Source: Tubiluchus corallicola (lineage: Eukaryota; Animalia; Priapulida). Taken from it: 64,000 bases of DNA. Of the stretch, positions 51,258-64,000 are shown piece by piece. The notes beneath the pieces are model-generated. The model worked only from the letters and a program-made list of their open reading frames with translations, was not told the DNA's origin and ran no database searches. The translations under genes were made by a program, and so were the position numbers. Each line of letters starts with the position of its first letter. The first letter of the stretch is position 1. The stretch is taken from contig JAQGDQ010000190.1 in the NCBI GenBank assembly GCA_030141605.1, positions 310,001 to 374,000 of the forward strand, given 5' to 3'.

Positions 51258-53199
51258 TTGATTGATTATAATTTTATTTCAGACAAGAAAGTCCATACAA
51301 AATACAATGCATAAAATCAGTGTAATTAAAATAGCCTTAAGTGAAATCTAACAACTGAAAATAAAGATTAAAGTTATTGCACAGAAACTGATTGCTCACG
51401 TCTTAAAGTTGGTGAACAGCAGTGTTCTTGGAGAAAACGACAAGTCACTCAACATATTGGGTTTGTTTGACTGTTAAACTTAGAAAAATTTATTAAAGAA
51501 ATTTGCAAAAAACTGTTTAGAGAGCATAAAGTTAATTTATACTAGCGCTGTATAGAAACTTTCCATCGGTAGCCGCCATTCACTTGAAAATCATGACGTA
51601 ACTGGTGGACTTCGTGACCTTTCGTGAGTTTTCCTAAGGGCACTGCTGAAACTAATTTAAGTATCTGCAGCTTACCTAATGTTCACGCAAAAATATCACA
51701 AAATTAGCTATCTAATGTTTTCTGAAAATTTTTATATACTTTTGATGGAAATTGACAGTCTTCAGCCAATTGGTGGAAAAATGTGCGTTAAAAATGGGAC
51801 CCAAGCGTGAAATGATCGCGACTTTAAAGTGAGTTTACCAATTACACAAGACACTTATCACACTATTATTATTAAATCCTTTTAACATTTTTTGCGAACA
51901 TTGAAATGAGCCTAACTTCCCAGAAGACTTAGCATTTCCTTTAATGTTACTCTCTAAAGATTTTCATTGAATAGCATTCATGAAAGGCATTGTACTTTGT
52001 GCCACACGGCTAGAGATTTCCTTTAGTAGCATTCATATTGTAATATTGCAATACAATGACAATAAATTGCTTGCTTACTTACTTACTCATGAAAGCCTTT
52101 ATTTTTAAAATGCTATTCGTCTAAACATGTTCATTTATTAAGATACAAATAAGGAGCCTTGTTCATGTCGCCACTTGTTTAAAAATATTCATTAGCATTC
52201 ATTTTAAATACTATGGAGGAAGCATCTGTTTACTTTTTGGGACTTAGATATCCCGCAACAGATGACAGAATCCGAAAACACGAAAAAGAGAAAATTAATG
52301 TGGTGATGATGATGGCAGTGACAGAAGTAACGATAGCTGTGGCGTCATTGATGACGGTTGACTTATATCAGAACTTATATGTAAGGAAAGTAGTTTTATA
52401 AAATTGATAAAGATGTATGTACATGCTTAACACGTAACAACGCCAAGGCTGGTCAGCAAATGGATAAGTGGTTATAGATGGTTCTTCTATACTACCTCTA
52501 GCTATATCGTACAATATGTACAACAGGTCGTTGCCAAGACACTATTTCTGCTCGACCGGTGTCATCTTAGGAGGCTAACCCTGATAATGAGCTCGAATCC
52601 GGTCCAGCTACAACATTTAATTTAAGTAGGACTTGTAGTTGAGTTGGCAGAGTGCCAAATGGTTAAAAAGGCGATTTAGAACGCAAGCAGTCCAAACGTG
52701 TGCAACCTGCTTCACCAAAGCCATTGTTTTGGTACGTGACGTCACTCACGCGTACTATTTGATCATTGGCTGGTTATCGTGTTGTTGTTACACCGCAGGC
52801 AAAACTCTTGCTTAGATAAAAACACATTTCGTGAATTAAGCACGTAAAACATTGCTTATTTTTTCGCGTCAAAGTCATCTGTTGTTTTGCTACGCGTTTT
52901 CTTCTGTTGTCGGTATGATCTACGTTCAGCTGGTGTGTTTGTACAGAGATAATGGAATTTATTATTATTATCATACGTCTTTGTTAAACCTCTATTTGCA
53001 GGCATACAATTTACAACTTAAAAATTATAAATTTGATTTTAAAATGCAAAATATATTATTCCAAATTAATTCATAAGACAAATTTACAAAACCAAGCGTG
53101 TTTTGCTGTCAAATTCTTTAACAACTTCGCTTCTTCAGAACCTCACTAATTTAGCTTTTAGTTCTAAATTTTTAATGAGAACATTTACATACATGTGCA

Positions 53200-53880
53200 T
53201 CTTACAGATATGTATCTTCAAAATTAATAGAAATTCTACAGCATCTTTATTTCTACGCAGTTCTACGCAATTTGCTTAATCTTGATTTTCTGATGTGGTG
53301 TACAGGACAAAAAGCGTCTTTTATAAAATTAATAAAAGCTACTAACAGAATTTCACTTCGTTTCATGTATACCTGATACATATTATAATTATTACTTAAA
53401 TCATTAATAAATTCTCTTCTCTTTTCTGCATCAACAAATTGACATTCAAATAACAAGTGCTCAGGCGTCTGAAATGCGTCACTACATGAACAAGTTGACT
53501 CTAATGAACGACCAATATGATTAAAAAAACAGTTAAAATCAGCCTGGCCTAATAAAATACTGCAACGCAGTTACTCTAACTGCCCATTTTTGCCAGTCGG
53601 CAATACACCGCTTTTGCCTTGCTTTAACTATTGTTGTTCTAAAAACCTATTCAAGTCAATTTTACAATAGCAAAATATGTCATTTGGCACTTCGTTAATA
53701 CGTAGGGATCTGATCTGATATAAATTTTTTTTGTGAATTTCAAGTATATTATAGTATTTTGATGTTAGCGACGTAAGCTTAAAAATGAATAAAAACATAG
53801 AACGTTTGCCCAGGACCGACTTTTCACACTGAAATGGTTTATTCAGTGTGATATCGCTTTCACCGCTCACACTTACTGTT
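53200..53880 (-). mobile_element. Non-LTR retrotransposon (I/Nimb/Jockey group) 3' fragment
   Basis: Minus strand ILLGQADFNCFFNHIGRSLESTCSCSDAFQTPEHLLFECQF, a CxC...H...C zinc knuckle. Confidence 0.7.
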
Positions 53881-54721
53881 CTTTACTGTAACGGCTGGGG
53901 CATTTTACTTTTTACATTGAGGTATTATAATCACACTAAAAGTGTTTAGTTTCGCTGAGAGAATTTACTAACGTTAAGACACTCTAATCACAGTGTCTTG
54001 CTTCATTTTGCTTTTGCTGAAACGTCTTGCTGGCACGACTTGTTCAATTTGAGAGAGATTACTCACAATGAACCATTCTACTGGCATTGCAACAATTTAC
54101 TCACATTTAACTAAAACTAAACGGTTTGCTTGGACTAAAACAATTTGCTTTCAACGAATTGTTCAATCACATTGAGATAGTTGGCACTTTGTTCATACTA
54201 TGCAGTTTATTCACATTGGGACAAGTTACTCAAGGCGAGACTACTTAGCAAGTATGCGTACAATCACTAGTGACACGCCACACGCGTACCGCTGGGAAGA
54301 TTATTTATGTATTAGATACTTTCATTAGCACGAGGAAGGCAGAACACAGCTGAAAAAAATAAAGCTTAGGATGTAACATGGGTGGAGCTGGTTAAAAACA
54401 AGCATATGCAGCCTACTAAACGGAACCAGCAATTAGCTAGAGAAAATAAAATTGTTAGCTTAAAATGTTACCATTAAAATTGTTTTTGGCCTAATTTTAA
54501 AAAGTGTTTTGCTAAGAATTTACACTGTGCGCCCATAGCGTACAAACCAATCCTAAATAGAGTAAAAACCCCATCGTAAAACAACACTGCACTGGCTAGA
54601 ATTAATAAGGCTAACGCCCAAAATATGGTACACGATGACCCAGAACAAACAAACATCCCAACCATCTGGACCATTTTGTTATTAAATTATATACTGTTCT
54701 TTTTGTATTACATCAGCGGGA

Positions 54722-54824
54722 GCCTTACGTAAGAAACCACTTTAGCTGTAAAAAGCAGTGTATATATTGCTGCCTTACGAAAGAAGCCACTTTAGCTGTA
54801 AAAAGCAGTGTATATATTGCTGCC
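54722..54824 (+). repeat. Recent 50-bp tandem duplication
   Basis: gccttacg.aagaa.ccactttagctgtaaaaagcagtgtatatattgct x2 with 2 mismatches. Confidence 0.92.
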
Positions 54825-54980
54825 ATGGTTTGTCTAATAAATTGTTTATCATGGAACTGGGCTTTCGTTCGTAAAGTTACTATTATTAAAAAGAATTAAT
54901 TAATTAGCCAGTAAACTGAGAAAACTCAACAGTCTGATTACTTGGCCATTAAACTTTATAACAAACTCCAACAGTCAAAT

Positions 54981-54981
<1 letters not shown>

Positions 54982-55011
<30 letters not shown>

Positions 55012-55171
55012 ATATTTTACAAATCAAAATCAATAAATTAAAATAACATCAGCACAAGTTAAATGCAAGGTAAACTAATATAATCACATCGATATTATTA
55101 TTACTACTACTACTACCGCTGCTGCTGCTGCTGCCGTTACCGCCACCACTACCGCTACCACTACTACTACT
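54982..55171. repeat. (CAA)n and compound (TAT/TAC/TGC/CAC) microsatellites
   Basis: Visible at 54982..55010 and 55094..55171. Confidence 0.85.
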
Positions 55172-58100
55172 ATATTCGAATTAGTAACGAGTATATCACA
55201 AATATAAAAAATATTAACACAAAATATCATACCACGTCAGTGCACGTTTAAAGCAACAATCAAATCAAGCAGACATTTCAGACATTTCAAGATACACACA
55301 AGGCATTGTCATATCATTACAAATAATCATTAGTTTTGCATTGCAAGAAAGAAAACCATTATTACTAGCTGCAAAAAAGGCAATATTGCTTTATTCAGTT
55401 TATTGTAACTAACAGCTACAATTAAATAAGACTAACACGGACAGGTCTACCTGTATACCATCAGGATAGCCAACGAGAAAGAGATTACCAGGCATTTTAC
55501 ATGAATATACTGTAGAAAATGAAACAATTTACGCAGTTTAAACAGAATCAAGAAAGAAGGCTATTACTACGGGAGTGTTCCTGTTACAGTATGAGACGAA
55601 TGACGTGATACGAAATGAAAGCAAAATATTTGGAAGTTAACTATTGCAAAAACCGCAGGGAGTGACAGTTGATTCCTAGAATGCCACAGGACTAAGCGAG
55701 TAAAGTAATTATTATTTTTACTATCACGATACCGTTCATAATAAAACTAAATTATATTTAAAACGCTCAATTTCACTGTTTAAAGGAATTTTTAGAATAT
55801 ACCTCCTTAACAAAACGACTGAATTTTGAATGAGCATTGCTGATGACAGTAAAATTTTCAAATGACATTAAGTTGTCTGATCTTAATTATCATTGTTTTA
55901 CTTTATGGAATCTGACAAATAACTATTTTATTATTGCAAATTGCTTTACCAAGCTTTTATTTTATATCAGTGAAATTGTAGAAACTGTTATGTCAATATG
56001 TTTTATTTGAATGTCTAATCTCAAGTTCTTTTGTTTTCTTTTTGCAAAGAAACGCAGACTATTGTAATTTCTATTTTGTAACAGTAATTTAATTTATTGT
56101 CTTATTTTCTGTGCTTCTACTATAACTGACATCTTATGTCTTTATGGAAACAATAGTCGTATGTAACTATTTTGAAGTGACGAAGTAAAAACTAAATTCT
56201 TACTCTTGTCGCCTTTTTTACAATGTTTAATCGTCAACAACATATTAACATTTATTGTTCCACAGCTTAGACAGAGCTAACATAGGGCAAGCTAAGAGAG
56301 TTTGCTCTATGCAGGAATTGCAATAACTGTGTGACGAAAATTTATAAACGAAATTTACAGGACCAATGCGATATAAAGATTTTATTGTCATTGACACAGC
56401 TCAATCAAAATTTGATCGTTTGGTTAAGGAGACATATAATATAAATATTTTAAGTCAACTTTAAACAGTAAAATTGAGAGTTTTAAATGTAATTTAATCT
56501 TATAATAGATCGTTGGCGTCGTGAAAAATGCTTGTTTCGGATTGTCGTGATGCTACTAAAATCCTTTTGTATTTTAGAATTATTCTGATTTTGAAAATGG
56601 CACGCGTTCATTTTTACATGTCATTACATAAAAAGACAAGATTCGTGGAAAAAATAACAGGTATAAGAAGGAAAGAGCAGGTGCGCTACTTCTACTTCAA
56701 GCAGGTTTCATTGTGTGCTGCACTCAGATGAGAAGATTACTTATTTTGGCAGAGGAATTAGTAGAAATGCTTGGCAGTAATTAGCTAATAGGATGCTAGA
56801 TGGCAGCCTACCTCCGCTGAAATCCGATCATGTCACCTGGTGACAATTTGCATCTGCAAAGTTGACATTTCTATGCAGAGTCCATTATGCTCTCAGCTTA
56901 ATGGACACCATCAGCAGCCCTTCTCTGTGTGTCCATTATGCGTTACCGTATCAAGCAAATAAGTCCAGCGATAAAAATCGACTTTGCAGCAAATTTAATG
57001 AACGTGTGTTCGATTTTGTGCAATCCAAGCTTGGCGTAGTCTCTTTTAGAGGTTTATTGTCATGAATTACCAGCAGCAACGTTGTACCTAGACTAGAATG
57101 ACGTCAGCAGGTTATGATTCGCAGTACGAAATTTCAGAATGTCATGACTTCAACATTAAAGCTAAATTTCAATTTTATTATAAATTATTGCCGATCATAC
57201 AGATATACTTTTGGTCTTCATTTGTAGCGTTTTGATCGATATTATCGCGACAAACTTTATTTAAATACAGGCGTATAATAATACCTAAATATAAAACTTG
57301 CAGAATTCATTTGATTTAAATCAGGCTATAAAATTACATTAACAGTGACTGATATTGTTTTAAATTTGTTGAATTCAGATTGGAAAAAGATGACGAGATA
57401 CCCGAGTTTTGTGAGGCATTTTTTTAACTGTAGTGCCATTAGGGTTTGCTATGCAAAAGACCGTCTCACCTTGTGGCAAAATATAAAAGATTTTTAGCGA
57501 AAATAAATTATGAAGATGCAAAATGGTCTTAAAAATGTATCTACTACTTCCAAAATGCCCTCCAACGTAGAAAATATAGTGTTTAAAACACGTTACTCCG
57601 GAAAGTCAATGGGACTTGGTCACGGCGTTGGACTTCTTATCTGGAGCTCACTGATTGAAATCCGGGCTCAGTTCCGACTTTTTCACAATTTCTTCTTCTG
57701 GATAAATTTCCTTTCAAAGTTCATTAATTCTGAGTACATTTCATCATTAATAAATCTTGAAATTTAGATTTGAAATAATTGCTCACTGGAGCAATTTCCC
57801 AGATGTAATTTTTGAAGTTTTTTGAAGGTTTCTATAAATCGAGTGCAGCCATCTTCACTCCCAGCGGTGCCTCTCTGTCCAGAAGGCTTTTACTACGCCT
57901 GTATGTTACAAACGAGTGTGATTTTAGTCTGCAACTGTCTAATTCAGCGTATGTTATGTAATTTTGCGTAAGATACATTTTGTGCAAGCATGCGTGCTTA
58001 ATCACTTAAGACTTTGTTTTTCCATTTCCAGAAGACATTAGCATGTTAAAAGACTTGGCGTTGCTTTGTTTCGAGCACACGGGCTTCAATTCGTTGCTGT

Positions 58101-58294
58101 ATTGAAGCCATATCTCACCAAGCGTGCTGCAGCATATTAACCATGGACACTCTGATGCGTGTGCCACTGAAACCGTAGAAGATTTTTGTCAGCTTGTTCG
58201 TTGACGAAGGCAATTACAGACAAGTCCTGGAGCCATACGAGAGCGCTGATGTAGCGTATTGGATAACGAAACATCTGATGCAAACATTCCCACG

Positions 58295-59523
58295 ATGACT
58301 AGAGGTAAAAGCAGTTACAGTGCAGTAGCCACTCAAGCTGGAAATAGGCCAGCAGGGGAGACCTACGTTTTCCCGGACTGGGAAGTGGCTGTAAAGCAGT
58401 GGTCGTGGAGTTGGCCCTTGCATACATACGGGTTTGCGTGTCTGTTCTTTTTACTTGCCTTTTATTCGTTCTTTTCATTGTTGAATCTCAGAACAGCTCG
58501 GTTGTACACGCGACCGTTCTTGTCAACGATTAACTTGGTGCTTTGTCTGTTAGGTATAGCGCGTGCTTCTTATCTGTTTATAGATCCATACGAATCGAAA
58601 CATTTGATGCCTCTAGCGTTGTCTCGTGCTTTCTATGAGACTGCTTATCCATGCCTTACATCAGCTTTCAGTCTCATCCTTTTGGCTCTTTTGCAAATCA
58701 CCAAGTTTCGCGTGGGTTTTGGATTATTTCATAATGCCAAGTGCCTCGCCGTGTTTATTGTGCTACATTTTGCTACAATACTCGTCACTTCTGTTGGGTC
58801 TGTGCTACATAATGATGTGAAAATAGCATTTCTTGTATTACAAACTATATTCGTATTCTGGGGGTTGATGTTGAGTGTACTGTACATCTATGGAGGTGCT
58901 CAAATGCTCAGAGTTGTTAAGCACACACAACGCTTGCGATTGCAAGGACACATCTATAATGGACTTAGAGCACCTAAGATTAGAATTACAGATGAAAATG
59001 AGCAAACGTACAGCTTAAACAGCGAGTTATCTAATCCTAGTAGTGAGGATGTACGACGTAAAGTTGTGCTTCAGCCAATGCCAGAAAATGACGTTGGTGA
59101 AGTAGAAGCGCATGCTGAAACTCTCAATAAAACGAGAAACAACTCGAATGCATTTAGTGAGAGCACCGGTGATTCAGACATGGTAGAAACGTGCGAAACG
59201 ATTGAGAATGATAATGTTGAAATGTGTGCGGTAGAGAAGCGCCATCCAGAATATGATGGCGAAGAGCAAATGCTTCAGATGCAGAACAACTCGCACAGCA
59301 TTGGAGATCGCTACCGAATACATCAACTCAGTTCTTCTAGCCTTTCAACAAGACTAAACAAGTGTCCTTTACAAAATGTCCTCCATATGATGTATGTTAG
59401 TTCAGTGTTGGGAATAATACTGTGTGGTTTGATGTTATATGGACTTTATGGCAAATTCACTGTCAGTGCTCATCCTATAATCTCAGACTCATGGCCTTGG
59501 TATATTTACCAAACATGTTGCAG
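58295..59523 (+). CDS. Proline-rich transmembrane protein 3/4 (PRRT3/PRRT4)-like multi-pass membrane protein, coding exon 1
   Basis: Long ORF with PDWEVAVKQWSWSWPLHTYGFACLF, RASYLFIDPY, YPCLTSAFSL and WPWYIYQ motifs and several hydrophobic helices; first in-frame ATG 58295 after in-frame TGA at 58247; acceptor tttccag ends 58031; donor gtaacg at 59524. Confidence 0.85.
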
Positions 59524-60872
59524 GTAACGAATTTATAATAATTTGAATTTTATTTTATCACCCAAAAAAGTCAGCAAGTGATTAGTCTACGTAATGTTTA
59601 CAAATTAATGCCAAGTAAACTGCTACAAAAATCACCAAATCATTTTTGTAGCACTTCTTTGTTCATGTGTCAAACTCAATGGAATGTACAGTAGAATGCT
59701 AATCCATTGTTTAATCATGAACAGTCACGCAGGTGCTCTTACAATAGCTGACCCAAGAGACGCCTGTTGGCCCACTGATTAAGTTTATAATAAGTTAATA
59801 AGTTTATTTTTATCATTACAGCCAAATAGTTAAATTACTGTACAGCACAAAATTACAAAATATAAAATTTTTAAAAAGAACAAGCATAGAATTGAGAAAT
59901 TTGAGGGTAATTTAATGTAACCCACGAGGCATTTACCGCCTTTCCATGGCAGCACAAAAAGGGTAACAACGGTTTTATTGCAAACTGCTTAACTGAGCCG
60001 CATATTGCAAAAAAGGTACGGGCTAATTTTATCTTTTCAACAATTTTGTTTTTTATAATAAGCGTTTTTATTATTTTATTGGAATAAGCAGTGATTGGGT
60101 AGTGGCAGTTGGTTCAGTTAGTATATTCGAAAGGTTTAGGACTTAGCCTATATAACTCTTACTAATTTTAAATACTACATAGATTGTTAACTGAGCTAGT
60201 TTTGGATAGTTACTGTCACGCATAGTAAATTTAGCTCGCAAAGTCTATGAGTGTGGGCCTAGTCAATGTCTTAATTCGATAATGAAAATCTCTTAATTTA
60301 CAGAAACGGATCGAATTAGCTCAATAGGATTAACTTAATCTTTGATTTAAACCAATTATGTATACATATAATATAAGCTCGCTTCGTAAGCTTGTATTAT
60401 ATGGGTTCTTTATTTTCGTGTATTGGATCTACTGAACACGCTCCGTATACATTTTATAGTTGCACATTATTAATCCACGCATATTGTTCACTTTTTCACT
60501 AATTACCAAAAAAATAAAACGGACTTAGTTATTCACAACTACACATGTTCAAGAGTCGCGATTAGGAACAAATTATACGATCATGTCTTACTTATTACTT
60601 TGAAAATGAATAAAATGTACTTTCTTAATGTCTATAAGAAACTTCTTCAACTGTTTTATGAATCCACCATTGGAATTGTTGTGACTTATTGTATCCCTGG
60701 TTGAATGAGGCATTGAAATTTTAGTCTTCGGTAATTTTTTTGTTGAAATAAACCATCATGCTAGTGTGTGTGTGTAGAGCGTGCATTGTTTTCATCAAGT
60801 TTCGCAAAGTGGTAAAATCTTTTTGCTAATTGTCAAAACTGATCAACTTATCGGTCCCAATTGTTTTTCCAG

Positions 60873-61026
60873 GATAACAGAGCTGGGCATGGGATGTGGT
60901 ATGGCGTACGTCACCAAACAACCGGTTAATAAATACCAGTTTGCTCTTCGTGCAAAGCATAACCTGTTTTCAGGCAAGAAGCAGAAATCACCGTCAAAAC
61001 CGGGCACAGAAGCAGTGAAACTTTAA
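60873..61026 (+). CDS. PRRT3/PRRT4-like protein, coding exon 2 (C-terminus)
   Basis: ttttccag acceptor; phase-2 join gives WYIYQTCC-R-ITELGMGCGMAYVT...TEAVKL-TAA, completing the last helix. Confidence 0.8.
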
Positions 61027-63870
61027 AATTAATTCACCCTCAAAATCAGCTACAGAAGCAATGCAAACGTAACATTATCTTTATTAAAATCAACATTAAC
61101 ATTGGAAACAGAAGCTCTGAAACATCAGTATTAATTCATTATTGAAGACAAGTTAAAAAGCACAGTAGTTCACTTTCAAAGCCAACTATAGAAGCAATAG
61201 AAATGTAAGTTGCCTTCGCTGTAAAGATCAATGTTAATAGTACAAACAGAAGCGATGAAACGTCAGTCGACAACATTGTTGCACCATTGAGGAGAGGACC
61301 AGAGGTACAATAATTCACTGAGGTATATTAAAAAGCAACAGAACAAGCATTAAAATCATTGTTACGCATGAAACACACCAAAAATTATACATGTTATCGG
61401 TGGTCGGCGTCTAAAGGAGCAGCAATGAAATTGCAACATTTAACTTACTCCGGGAAGGTCAGCATGGACACAGCCGCAAAACGGAAACGATGACTACAGT
61501 GCAAATGGCAGTTCTACTAGAAAACTCACATAAACGGAAGAAGTCTTAAAAGCAGCAGAATTAATATACCTGTTAAAGTTGGCAGCAAAACTGCAATACT
61601 AGAGTTGCCTTCAAACTGGAGAACAGACGCAGTAAAATTTCAATGTATTGGAATGATTGGCAAAGTCAGCACTGGACAGCAACAGCAAAACTGTTTACTA
61701 CCAGGTCGACAGAAGAAGCAGTAAAACTTGAACATTAAAATAAACTGTAACGTCAAAATCGACATCAGCGATTGCGAAACTGTCACATAAAAATCACGAG
61801 AGACCTCAATAGATAATGCTAGACTCGACTAAACTAGGAAAGTGAAATCGCCATCTTTTGTATCAGAAGCAACGAAATTTAACATTCATTTGTTTCGTTT
61901 TCTCTTAGATTGTCTAGACTGTTTTCGCAGTCATTCTTTAGTATATTCAAATTTCAAAATTTCTAAATTTCAAATTTTGTATCAAATCTGTATCACCCTT
62001 TTGGGTGGATGAGACATTACAGCAATTGCGTGCAAGATGTTTTTTATAAGCTAAAACAATATGGTGAGTATTGAGTAAGAAGAAAGGACGTACATGTATA
62101 ACAAATTTCGCCAAATTGTTTTAATTCTTTTAGTTTAGTAGTTGAAAAAGGTCGTTCATGTTTTTAGACCTTCAGAATATGTATAATATCAACTGCACAT
62201 AAACTATATTGACTGTGCTTGCTTTAAATTAAATCACTTTTATTACCATTTAAATTTGAAGCATATATGTGAATTTATGGTTTTTAAATTTGTGTAGGTC
62301 CTAATTATCTGTGTTTTGGTCAGAAAAGTATATCACAACTTTTATGTCGCGTGCAGACTATTATATGAATTTAACATGAGTTTGAAGCATGTCAAATGAA
62401 AAAATATTTTAATTTTCAAAATAAAGTATAACTAGCTGTTTGAGTGCAAAATCAAGACTACTTAATTTTCACAATTTATTGAATTTGAATGTTAGTAGAC
62501 ATGCCTTTGAAATGCCAAATCATTGTTAGGGTTTTCCACATAAAAAACAGCTTTTAAGTTTAATGTTTGCTAGTTAGCTAAATACTTGGATTAAAATAAT
62601 CATGAACAATAACTTTAGCTAGATATAGATAGCTCTGACCCACACACCCTGATTTGTCATAAACTGAATAGAGCAAAAATCTTCAGAGACTACGTTGTGT
62701 TAAATGATGGCTTCGTTGACATGATTGACGAGTTTTCAGATTAATGATAACCTCAGTTATCCGGTTAAGTGTAGCAAACCGTTGCGGATGATCTGTGATC
62801 CGTATTCAAAATATCGAACTGCGTGGCATTTAACAGATAAAAGGTTAACGAGTTACAGCAAAAAACACAGTACAAAGAGAATTTTACGAATGGGTCTATT
62901 ATAGACAATTGCATCTCTCTCTTGTCGCACAACATTGTACAAATTTTCAATGTGCTTAAAAAATTTTGTACAACGTTGTTGTAAATGTGGAGTAATAGAA
63001 TTATGACATAAAATTCACACAAAACAAGACATCTGGCAAGGAGAGTGAAGTGGATGAAACTGCCCAAAACCACCCATTCATTTACTGACGAGGGTTTGTA
63101 TTACTTAAGCTCCAGTCTCCAGCCACACATGATGACTACCTAGCTATTTCGATCGCCCCAAGCTGCAATTTACCTTTGCCAGTTTTAAGATCATTGTATA
63201 TATTCCTGACAGAACAGATACTCTGAGTGATAAAATAAAAAAATTCTTGTGTTTAATAAAACTCCAACTACATTTTTGACAAAATTATTTTAAAAAGTCC
63301 GTTGTATCGAAAATATTTTAGTAATTTTCGTTGCCACCAGAAGGCGCAACGATACAATTACAGATAGAGTTGTAATAAAACATGAATGATGCCATAACAA
63401 GAATACAAAGTTTGATCTACTTGTACACAATTAAGTCTAATTTTCCCCGCTAGATGGCGCACATGGAGTTTTACGCAGTAAGCATATAGGTACTCTAGTC
63501 TTAATATGTGACATTGCATGGGATTTAATATTACTGATTTTAACACATACGCTCACCTTCTTTCTTAAATAACCCTACTCACACGGTTGTTAGTTCATGA
63601 GTTAATTAGATTATGTGCTCACTCACTCACTCAATCTCACGCTTTAATCAGCTGCTCACCCTCGCCCCACACTCTTATTCACCGATCCTCACCCTTTTTC
63701 CTAGCATAAAATTAGTAGTTCACTTATTCATTTTGTGTCTCACACATTTCATTTATTTGGATAGTTGTGGGCCTACTCAAAAATTAAGTGGCATCATATT
63801 TACAACAATTAGACCAATGTTGAAGACTTATTATTCGCTAATTAATTGAAGAAGAGGCACTGGAGAATTG

Positions 63871-63942
63871 TGCGCTACCAGGATTTGAATCCAAAACCTT
63901 GTGCGATTAGGCCACATGCTCTGCCATTTGAGTTACTGGGCC
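63871..63942 (-). mobile_element. tRNA(Ile)-like pseudogene or SINE head
   Basis: GGCCCAG-TAACTCAAATGGCAGAGC-ATGTGGCCTAATCGCAC-AAGGTTTT-GGATTCAAATCC; A and B boxes recognisable, acceptor stem not paired. Confidence 0.55.
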
Positions 63943-64000
63943 AACTTAGCAGATTTTGTCCCATTTCTGATCCCACTAGTACACAATCAGAATATACTCA

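Noticed and set aside
63085-63115. Hammerhead-like CTGACGAG plus weak hairpin
   Set aside because: No GAAA box or NUH/stem I downstream.

Overview
This is AT-rich, intron-rich animal (invertebrate-type) nuclear DNA, not prokaryotic. Two protein-coding genes lie on the + strand. (1) A complete TTI1 gene (TELO2-interacting protein 1, TTT co-chaperone complex) assembled by hand from 23 GT-AG coding exons, 207..22220, 1083 aa. (2) A PRRT3/PRRT4-like multi-pass membrane protein with two coding exons, 58295..61026, about 460 aa. The introns and the ~36 kb between the genes hold transposon relics: hAT, TA-flanked and PIF/Harbinger MITEs, piggyBac-like ends, Helitron/Helentron pieces, three different tRNA-derived SINE heads including a MetaSINE, and LINE fragments. 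Micro- and minisatellites are also present. The most notable signal is an intact minimal type I hammerhead ribozyme (47956..48003) at the end of one arm of a long inverted repeat resembling a Penelope-like pseudo-LTR. Other highlights are a homogeneous 18-bp array with higher-order structure and three open frames, a recurring ~25-nt motif with variable spacers running from the PRRT-like stop codon through its 3' UTR, and a uORF-rich leader on that gene. Most short ORFs in the supplied track are exon read-throughs or noise. No database searches were run; all family assignments are from motif recognition.
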